Shown here piece by piece: positions 1 through 12,000 of a stretch of 64,000 nucleotides of DNA. The translations under genes were made by a program, and so were the position numbers. The notes under the pieces were generated by a model. That model did not search any database and was not told the origin of the DNA. It saw nothing but the letters and a program-made list of their open reading frames with translations. Source of the DNA: a virus; IMG/VR virus record IMGVR_UViG_3300028393_000022. One strand, written 5' to 3'. The first letter of the stretch is position 1; each line of letters begins with the position of its first letter.

Positions 1-3000
1 GTTTCATTAATTACATTAACTGCGAAATCATATCCCGGACGCAATTCTTTTCCATTTAGGTATACTTTGACATTGTCTAAACTATATGTGCTCGGACGAG
101 AGTTTTTAGGATCAATTGCAAATGTTGTAATTCCAGATCGAATTTTATAGTAAGTCGCCCACGGAGGAAGCATTCTGTATCTTCCTGTTGAAGTTATTTT
201 CTCAACAATTATTTCTTCACTTAGTGGTTCAATAATAGTTGGAGGCATCGCTAGTATCATACTAGTGATCGAAGAAGAAGAAGAAGAAACTGTATTAAAT
301 TGTTCATATACTCTGTTAAAAACAGGATATACCGCATCAAAGAACCATGCTTCGAATGTATAAGATCCTGAATTTAATCCATAAATTTTTACAGAAGCTC
401 GATTGTTAACTAGGCTAACTGGTTCCAAAGTATATCCATAATTATATCCTGGAAGGAGTAGAGGAACCGGATGTCCGTTTGCAAGAACATAAACACTCTT
501 GACATCGTCTATCATCAATAAACTAGATACCATTGCAGTGCCTGTACCTTCAATTGTAGAAATGTCAACTGCTATAAAACTACTATCCATTTTAACATCA
601 GATCCCACAGTGATGAAAGTATATCCAATTTTTGTTATAGCCAGTTGTGCAGGAACAATAATTTCATTTCCAAAAATAGCATACTGAGTAGATGAACTAA
701 ATGCACCTTCGTTGTCCACTCTGGTATAAGTTATTCCATTTGCATACACTAAAAATCCAGCAGGAGTTGCTGGAACATAAGTTAGTTTGGCTCTAGTAGG
801 AACATTAGTAATTGCAGTAAACACACCAGATTGTACCAACGGAGAAGAAGGAGTTCCCACAGTATAGACATTAATTCCTAGAGAGTCTCTTACATAGCCT
901 GGAACACATTCTTCTGGTGCGTGACTATCTATTTCATTTAAGAAATTATTACCATCAATTCTAATATCTTCTGCTTTGTATCCATTAAAATTATCTTGTA
1001 TATAGGAACCACTAATTAAAGAATCTAAATTACTATATTCAGTATTATAACTATAAAATTCTATTTCAGTAAAATCATATAATTTAACATCTACAGTCCC
1101 AGATAAAATTGCACCGGTTGCATTTTGTACAGATACAATTGATCTATTATAACCGTCAACTGAATTTGTTACACTATACCACACTGTATCAGTACTTGTT
1201 GACAATACTTCAGTAGAGTTTAGATACACAGAAGCACGGGCGGTCTGCTCAACAGTAGCAAGGATATTTACAACCAAATGTGTACTGCTATCAAAAGTAG
1301 TAACTGTGTGATCAATTAATTTATTTTTGCTATTAACATAGCTCACATTTTCACTTAATAGATCAAAATATGGAAAACGGCCACTGAGTGGCATGAGCGG
1401 GAGAACAGTTGCCGTGCTGCTTAAAGTAAATTGAGATTTAAATTGAATTTGATTAGTTGTAGCTGCTTCAACATATGCAAATTGATTATATCCAGGGTCC
1501 AAACTACCAGCAATGCTACCATACGACTTAAGGGGGCCGCTCAGGTACATATTAGGAGGAATACTATATCCCATTCCCGGGTTGGTAACTTGTATAATTG
1601 TGGCAGTATTTCCATCAAATAGCGGAACAGCAGTAGCTTGAATGCCGCCAGGAAAATCTGGAGGGGCAATTATTACTGAAACTGAAGGAATATCTGTGTA
1701 GGTATTAACTACAGGTCTGCTTCCTCTAACAAAGTATATAGTTTCAATTCCATATCCGGCAAGACTGTTTACGCCGTAAATTTTAACTCGATCTCCTTTT
1801 GAAATTGCAGTACGGAAAGGATCTTTAGTTTCTATAGTTATAGTAGAACCTTTGGCGGTACCAGTAGACCAAGCATAAAAAATTTGTGTATCGACTCGAT
1901 CTAATGTACTTATATACACGATACCATCTTTGCGTTCTGGAAGTGGACGGTTCACACCTGTAACTACAGTTCCAGGTTTAAAAATTTGATTATATGTTGA
2001 GGTACCAGCAAATCCAATTGATTGTCCTGGAAAAATTCCGTCAATAGATGCTACAGAAAAAGCCTGGGTGGGGAAATATAAATCTTGGAGTAATTGTGTT
2101 TTAGTATAAGAACTAAGAGTATCTCCCCAGGGCGCAGAGTCAAACCCTGTGCCAGTGCTATCCCAGTTAGGTGTTTGTTCAAACTTTAATCCTTGGATTT
2201 GTGTTCCGGAATATTCAATGCCGTCCATTAGCAACGGTAATTCTTTACCTGGCATCAAATCTGTGGGATTATACATTTTGTTAATTCTATCTACAGCATT
2301 ATATAGGTCAATATTTTTGTTATAGGTAATTTTAAAAACTTGTTCAAAATTAGGAATCTGATTTAAAAATACAAATTTGGCATAATGTCTAATATTATCG
2401 GGCAAGTTATTAGGCGTAATAGTATTAAAGTATTTGTATCGGTGATCGATCATTCTTTCACCTTCCCAGGAATTTCTAGGGAATGCTGCGGGAATATTGA
2501 TACCATCTTTTTCAACTTTTATCTGATAATATTCAATTGTATAATCAGCACTATATACCAATTTTCCATCTACTAAAGGTGTAATTGTTTTTTTATCCGG
2601 GCTAGCAAGCCAAGTTAATGTAAATTTGTTGGTTGTTCCGTCGCATAAAAATTCATCAGTCACTGTTAGATCGATTAAGTCACCCGATGAAGAAGTTCTA
2701 TCAAACTTAATACCAATAAGATTTTTTCTTGTATTAATGTTATCCATTATTACAGATACCCTTGCTACATCAATGACAGAACCACCGCCTACAATAGTTG
2801 CAAGAGGAGTAGCAGTGTACCCGCTTCCTGGGTTGGTTACAATTACTTTATAAACTTTTCCATTTCTAATGTACGCTTCAGCTTCGGCACCTGATCCAGA
2901 ATCTCCAGGAGCCGTGGTAATTACGACCGTGGGTCTTTCACTATATCCCGATCCGGTGTATCCTACTTCAATTGAACCAACAAATAATTTATAATTATCG

Positions 3001-6000
3001 TTCCAATTTTTCCATGGATAATTCATTAATATAGGATCGCCAACATTGACAGTTGTTAAAGAATTAGTCAAAGTATTAACATATGCAGGTAAATCAAAAT
3101 CTGTAATGTTAAGGTTAAAGCCTTCAGATGTTTGACCGTCAACATGACTATATATTGAAGTATAACTACGTATCTTGGTATGATAAGGTTTTACTTCTTT
3201 TATATATTCTTCAAAGTAAGATTCATTGTTTAATTTATAAACAGACGGCTGATCCAGTGATCCTATATTATTTGACACATTAATAAAAGAAGTTTTAAAT
3301 GCCCAGTCTAATAATTTTTGTTCCGTTAGTGCAAATTTAACCGCAGCAAAAAAGAATAAGTTCCAATTAACTTTTAAATCATTAATAAAAATATTATTTT
3401 TTAATGCTAAAAGAATATAGTACAGTTCTTGATCAGGAATTTGATTATACGGAGTTTCTTCAATTGATGCTGCATCATATAGATATTTTCCCTTTGTATA
3501 ATCCCACAACGTGTCAAGCAGTTGAATTGTTCCTAGTTCTCTATATATTATGTCGTATAATGGAATATAATTTCCTAATCCATTAACTTTCTTTAATATA
3601 GCATACCGACCATCGCCTATATTTTTAACTTTGACATACTCGCCGTCGGTAATTGACGTTAACGAACCCAATTCAGATAGATTAGAAATAGTATAGGTCA
3701 AACTTTTATACGAATCAAATTCAGAACTTACCCAATCAACTGCTGTCCAAAATTTTGTAGTGTCGTATTTTTGTGTTTGAGTTTTTATCCAAGTACGAAA
3801 CACATAATCAAAAGTGTGTTTAGACCACTTACCGTTAATATCAGAATTAGTTTGAACAATAACAGTATGAGGCCGTACTGTTGTTTGAACATTAATATCA
3901 GTATATCCACTACCTGGATTAATGATTGTTACAGAAATAACTCGACCTTGCGTATCAATAGTTGTTGTTATCTCAGCAGGCGTTAAAGATGAAGAAATAA
4001 TATTAATTTTAGGAGCAATACTATAACCAAAACCAGGATTTGTTATGATTACATTTTTTACTTTTCCATTTTCTGCATAACATTCTAATTCTGCTTGAAC
4101 ATATCTAACTGTATAGATTTCGTTTAATGCATCTAAGTCTTCGACTATTTGATCATATTCGTATGAATATAGTGCAGGAAGTTCTTCTTTTTTATTAAGA
4201 TTTTCAAAAGAATAATTTCCCACTATTCTATTTTTTACAAATACTGAATTTATAAAAGAAATTAAATTTCGTAATGCAGCAAGTCTGTCTTTAAAGAATG
4301 TTTGCTGAGGACGGATTCCGATTCCGTATCTATTTCTATATGTAAGATTTGTACTAGGAACAACATTACCCAAAGAATCATGTCCTAATAAACTGTCAAA
4401 TAATTTTTTCTCAAGTAATGTATTAGGAACATTCGTGTGATCTCCTTCGTTTAATAATAACCATTCAGTATGTTTGGGAATTATTGAATTTGCATCAGTC
4501 GAAATACTGGCATTGATTCTATTCCCAACTAACATAGATTGCACATTGGCAAATGCAACAGCATTAGGCGATATTATTTCTATAAACTTTAATCCATTAG
4601 CTGTTGGATCTGCAATATAGCTAGCAACTTGATAACTGCTTAATCTTCTATTATTGTTAGGTAATGTTAATTTATTCTTTACCCAGAAATAATAAACATT
4701 CTCAAAGGAACCAGTGACATTGTTAAACACTTGTTTAACAGAAATAATACTATTATCGGGATACTTAGGTTGACCGCTGATACCTTTTGTTAGTCCGTTA
4801 TTTGTGTCAGCTACTGCGGCCCACTCACTAGGTAACATATCAGATTTTACCCATTCATAGACATCAATAGTAGCTCCTGGGAACATACGTCCCCAATTAT
4901 TTTTTCTAAATATTTCGTTGCCTTGCTCGTACCACATATATTTGGCAGTACTTAAATCCCACCACAGGTCTCCAATATGTTCATCTAACCAGTTTGTCTC
5001 ATTATTAACAATAGTGCTGGCTAAACCGATAGAGTAGGTAGCAGGATCAAATGCTGCTTTATATTTTAATTCTTGTTCAGCAATGCCGGCAATCTTGCCT
5101 TTTACAGGATCAACAACATCGAGGTAATTGACAATTTCTTCTTTTAAAGTATCAATTAGTGCAACACGGTTAATTGATGAAACATCGACTGTATCTTCTT
5201 GTTCTCTTAATATTTTCCAACTACCGCTAGTAATATCAATCTTATTGAAGATATATAATTTAGATTCGTCAGATATCAAAGGCGATGCCGAGTATTGTTG
5301 ACTAGTCGGAGCTCCAATAATAACTTCATGATTAGTTGCTACAACAGAATTTCCATATCTGCTGCCTTTTAAAATAACGGTATCATTTAATTCATCTGCC
5401 TGGATAAAATAATTTCCTATTTTATTATAAACATAAACTGTTCCTGCATCTTCAACAGATTCAAAAAACTTGGTAGAATCGCCGTCAAATGTTGTTTGTC
5501 CAACATTGATAGATGCATCATAAACTTGTTTTTTACTTCTATTTTTACCCAATGCACTAATTGCAATAGTAAGTTCGTCTTTACTGATAGAAATAGAATG
5601 ACCAAATTTTAAATCATTGGTAGGTAAGGGGTTGCTAATAATTTGATTTAAGACATACATTCCGTTAGTCAATGTGTAAATTACAACTTTTCCGTACGGG
5701 TCATTAGTAGACTTTGTTTCAGGGGCTGATATTAGTAAATATTTTTTTGACTCTGAAAAAGCAATATCGTATCCAAATTTAGAATTAACACCGAACGGTG
5801 AGTTAATTGTTTGCGTATGTGTTAAATTAATATCAAATAATTGAACAACGCCTGTTGATGTAAAATACCCAGGCGCACTAATTGCAATAGTTGTGCCGTT
5901 GAGTGTTCCTGCAACTTTATATCCCCATTGGTTTCCAGCAGACAATGAAATAGATGAAGTTGATACAACCAGAGGTACTGTATTGGTTAAAGTAAATCCC

Positions 6001-9000
6001 TTGACAGTTGCAGTAGTCACATTAGTAATTGTATTTGTTATAGCAGTGATTTTATAAGCATACACTGATCCAGGGCCATTAAAGGATGCGGTACCAGGGG
6101 CACTAACTAGCATTGTAGTGGAGCCGGTGGATACTTGATTAATATATATAGAATGGCCAAATCTAGAATTAGCAGCAGTATCGGCAGTCGTACCGTAAGG
6201 ATTTACCAATACTAAATCAACATTAATTACACCAAATTCTTCGTCTCTACTGTTTATCTTAACTAAACCTTCCTTGACAAAAGATTTAATTTCTCCAGAT
6301 CCCGTACTTAAAATTACGGTACCAGTTCCGATTGTTGTAGACCTAACAAAAGTAGCGTCCGGCGCACCGGCAATATATAATTTTTTATTAATGTCGTACT
6401 GTAATGAATATCCAAATTGTGTAGAGCTAGTACTACTACAATATTGTTTACTGCTGCTATTTAAAATGTAATCGTATTGTCGAGACCACACATTATTAAT
6501 TTTATTGTAGACTTTAATTCGGCCCCAATTAAATGCATTCTCAAGTCTCCATCCCGGAGCTGATACCAACATAACATCACTGTTATCATTGGCATATATA
6601 GAAGAACCAAATTGTTGTCCTAGGGAGGCGGTAGACGCTGCATTAACGGTAGGTGAATAATTTTTAATTTTTTCATAAACTTGCCATTTACCATCAATAC
6701 CAGTATCAATCCAGACTTTGTCTCCCGAGTTTAATTTCAACAAATCTGTAATAGTGCTCAGTTCATCGAGATTGTTGTACCTGGCGCTGCTAAATGTGAA
6801 TAAAGAACCATAGTTTAATAGTTCTGCATTTTCAATAGTAGTTAGAGTAGAAGATACTGTAAATTGATTTAATTCAGATATTGAAGTAACAACATATACT
6901 CCATTAACTTGTTGATTAAATCTGACTATAGAAACAATATCTCCTGCTGTTAGATTATGATAACTGTCTGTAACAAATGTAATTTCGCTACCAGGGGCGC
7001 TAACATAAACACCTGTTATCTCTGCTAATTGTTTTACGTATCTATAAACTGTCCAATCACCATTTTCTAAAAAGCCTAACCATATGGTATCGCCTTCTTT
7101 TAAGATATGGTTATTTGCAATATCTAATAAACTATTTTTATTATAAGCCGTTGATGTAATGTCATCTAATCGAACATATCCTGCGGTTGTTAATTTTAAA
7201 TTATTATCTTCCCATGTTCCTTTATAGGAATCAAATGTATTTGAAGGAACATAATTATTAGGTGTTAGTAGCAAAGAAGCCGATGTTACATAGTTAACCA
7301 AAGGAGCAGTAACAGTCGGAATGCTGTCAGTAAATTTAACGATATAGGGATTTTCTAGAGCAGTGCCCTCTGTTAAAGGAAATTCAATTTCATTAAATGA
7401 GTTGTAGCTCCCATACTGACCTACTCTAAATGCCCATTCTTCTTTAAAGGTAATATTCCCTTTATTTGTATTTTGAGCAGCCTTTGATAACTTATCAAGT
7501 GCGTTTTTTGTTCCTTTATCTTTAATAAATCCTTGATAGAATTTATACTGACTTATAGAATTAGTAAAAATATTATCCAGGTATGTCCTAGGAGTATATC
7601 CTGTAAGATGTTGTGCCAACCGCTGCTGACCAAAATCAAAGTTATCAATATCTAAACTGTAAAAGTCTTCAAATTGATTAATTTTATAATCAAAGTTAGG
7701 CAGCAATTGGGGGATTGGCTTGCTCGCCAATTGATCCCACTCTGTAAAATTAAATGTAGGGCTTGCAGATACTTTGGCCAACGCTTCGTAATATCTGCCA
7801 TTATATCGAACAACTGTGCCGGGTAAGTAAGTTCCAGAAGCGGACCAATCTATGATTTTAACATTATCAAAAACAAATCCCGGACTAAACAAATCACCAT
7901 TCCAATTTTTAGTCCTAAATCCTGATAATTTAATTCTTTGCTGTTTATATCCAGTCTCTACATCATATATAATGTCGTTAAACATTGTATAATTTTTAAA
8001 GACCATGGCATGCTCTTTTTGTACAGAATTAATAGTAGCAAAGAAAAGACCTTCATTGGGATCAGTAGTTTTAATTATGCAAACTGTATCTTCCCTAGAC
8101 ATAGTAAAGCTATTAATAGGATATGGTTTTCCATCTGCTTTTAAAAGACTGTATTCGTACTTGCTGGAATTAATATCATCTGCTACTGAATTAGGGAAAC
8201 TATATTTGATATAATTTGCAAAAGGACTTAATGTAATTAAATTGTTTTCGGCCCAATTTTGAGTTGTCCAATACAAAAATTCTTTACCTGTAAATTTCCA
8301 ATTTAACATTTCGTTTAAATCGGTACTGAACTCATCAAATATAAATCCTTCAGCTTCAAGGTACGCACCGTATCCAACAATTATATTATATACTTCTTGT
8401 ACTGTGGATAATTCAGTGCCGTAAGGGATTTGTGTTATAGTTTTCTCAAAAGAAGATGCTAGTTTTGCTTCGGCGCCTCCTACAATAGGTAATCCGGGCA
8501 AAGGAACATACAATGTAGGATCAAATGTGGATTCAGCAACATGTCCTACTTTAACTCTGTAAAACTTATTGCCGTATCTAATAAGTTGACCTTGCTTATA
8601 ATATCTAGTAGTGGGTCCAGATGCACTTGTTAAATCAACAGAACTTAATCCAGAATTTCCATTGTTAACAACATTTGACCAATCTGAAAATTCTTCTGAT
8701 ACGCCGCCCACTTTTACTGCACCTGTTGCGGCATTTGAGATAGGGTTAAAAATTTTAAAATATGGATTAGCTACATCATATCCTTTAATTACAAAATTAC
8801 CGTTAGATCTTTGAACAATGATACCAGAAATTCTAGCAGTTTTAATAGGATTGCTTACATTTAATATTAAAGAATAATCTTCAGGAGGCAAAACTACACC
8901 AGGACTAGTTGATGCAGGATCAATAGAATCAATTGTAATTTGTAATTTTTCCTTGCTAGCAAACCCGCCTAGCTTGTGGAAAAGATTAGATTCTAAGTAA

Positions 9001-12000
9001 GTAAGATCTTGTTTTAATACATTGATATAGTTTTGATCTTTCTGATTACCTTTCTCAATAACATAAGATCCATAACCTGCAATCATAGAATCTGCATCGC
9101 CTTCAATGACCAGCTTTCTAGGATCTAAATAAAGACCAGTGGTAGTGTAAGTTACCTGGCCCAATGGGTTAATGGTTGTTCTACTGGTGTCATATAACGT
9201 AGAACAAAAATTTGTAGGGTCTAATAAGGCGGCAGTAGATATCAATGCAAACGGCCAAGCACTACTATTTCTCCATGCATTTTCAGCCGGACCCATATCA
9301 CCAAATTTCCAACTGGCAAGTTTGTCTTGATAGTTACTTGCCGATACTAAAAACAACTCTGGGCTCTTTAAATTCCCCAATGCATCTACAGGAATAATAT
9401 TACTTAACCCTTGACGAACATAATTTGTATCAAAAGTGCCAGTACTTGCGTTATAACCAAGTTCAATATCTGACCACATGACCGTATTGGCAGAGGTATA
9501 TGGAGCCGGTCCATATATATTCTCCCACCAAATTGGTTTGGTTGTTAAACCTAACATTTCCCACGGTCTAATATCAGGACGCTGGGTATCATAAAAATAT
9601 CTAAATAAATTCTTAGAGGTACCAGTCACTTCGCTATTAAACCATTTGTCGATACTACCTTTAAAATTCCAGGTCTTTGAATTACCAGAATCAAATGTAG
9701 AATTGGTCTTTACATCAACGTTGTTTATACCTGCCCATCTAGAAAAATCACTAATAAGGATGCTGTTTAAATCTTCAACAGAATATTTTGTATTTCTAAA
9801 TGCGCCAGGTTGTATTGCAATAATATCAAATAATTTACTGTTGTATTGAACTTTAATATTATTAAAAATTCGTTGTTCAAATTCAAGAATAATAGCATCT
9901 CTATAATCGCCGTAGGCTTTTATGATACTACCGTCATGCCCTTTAATACATAATGTAGGAACAACATAAGAGGTATCTGTATAAATTTCAGGTACTGTTG
10001 CAGGATATAGTCCCAATTTACTAGGGGTAGGAGGTACATAACTTCCCAGTGTATTTGGATAACAATTAATAGATATAACGTCATTAACTAATAAATCTGT
10101 TAAGAAAATAACCGATCCATTAATATAACTAAATGTATAATCTACTCCATATGATTGCTGGACATTGTTCAAATAAACATTAACTGCTTTAAAACTTAAT
10201 CTAGTCAGATCAAATTCAAATCCTATAGGATATTCAACATTGTTAATATCTCGAACAGTAAATGTTCTAACTGTTTTGTTTTGACCATAACCTAACATAT
10301 CAGAACGCTGATACATTGATTTAATATCTTTGGCTCGATTTAAATTAGTTAAAATAGAATCCACTGCATCAATGGGAGATGCTTGGTTGTCAATTGCAAT
10401 TAATGATCTTAAAAAATTCATTTTAAACTGACTATAATGATCGCCAGCTTGTCTAATTGCATCAACTAAATTATGTTCTTTCTTGCCAAGAAATATTTGT
10501 GCAAACGAAATAGGATTTGCATTAACTATTAATCGAGTCCCGTTCTTAGTATAGTTAACTAAATCTCTTAAATTTGAACCAGTATATGCAGGAATCTTAC
10601 TTACCATTGATGACAAATGATCACCTAGTTCACTAAGTGTCATACTAGAAAATGTGCCATTCAATGGGTTATTAGTTAAACCAATAGGCGTTTCATAATA
10701 ACCATTTAGATTAGGTTGTTGTGTTGTAAAAACTTTTATTACTATGACATCATTAATATATAATGTATCAGTAGTAATTGTAATTTCAGCCGAAGTTGCA
10801 CTAATAATAGATGACAGTTTTTTACCGTTTTTATAAACTTCCACGGTCAGATCAGTAGTAACAATGGGTTTATCTAAACAAGTTAAAGTCAGTGTATTTG
10901 TTTGTTCAGCAATTGTCTGAATCTCAATAATAGGAATCTGATAGTCAGATGCCTCTACCCATACATTAATTAATTCATTATCTAATTTTAAATAGGTAAC
11001 TGCTGCGGATATAGTAGTGCTTGCATTATTAGAAATAACAGAGATAGTGTCTGTCATAAAATAATTTTTAAATAGATAACTTCCTAATCCAATGCTATTT
11101 TGGTATTTTAAAGAAAATTTCAAAACTTTATCATATACAGTACCCAATTCATAACCAAATAATTTAGTACCCGTAAAGTTATTAATTTCTAAAGATTTAG
11201 TAAAACTTGTTCCGTCAGCCGTGAATAAATCAAATAACGGAGGCTGATTTACTTTGTCGTGTTGTTGTGCGTATATCCATTTAATATTAGTAGCATCAAA
11301 GTACCAGCTTGTCCCATAAAATTCGTTTCCAGAATTGATACTAATTGAATTATGATCAGAAGGAATCGCATCTGCTGCAGGAATAAGACGTAATAATGGG
11401 ATTTCTCCTGCGGAGTTTATATCTATCTCAAAAATTCTACCCCTTACAGCATCATTTAGATCGGCATTAAAAATTACCCTATTTCCTTTTTGCAACAATG
11501 TACCGTCAACATAGAATCCAGGACTGCCGTCAACTTCAACAAATGCATCTCTAACAGAATTATCAATAACATCTATATTTTGATTACCAACTTTTCCAAA
11601 ATTATATAATTGTAAATTTGGTCTAAATTCAACAATAGGACGTTTTGCTCGAGCCCCCAATGGATATAATGCAGGAACATTATTAATATTAGCAGTAGCT
11701 TCGATAATATCTCTATGGAACCATCGATTGTATCGAGACCATGGATTTAGATCTTTACTAGCTCGATTAATAGTAATATAATCGGGTTCAACGGGCAATC
11801 GCTTGTCTCCACCTGCATCAAATGGATAATTATCAAAATTAATACTATCAAATGTTTCGTCAAAACCTGTTGCTATTCTTGCCGACGAAGTTAATAATGA
11901 AAAATCAATTAGTTTAATAGATTGTCCGACTCCCTCTACAATATATTCTACATTTGATATAGAAATTTTCATACCGTTGCTTAAAGGATAACCGTTGCTC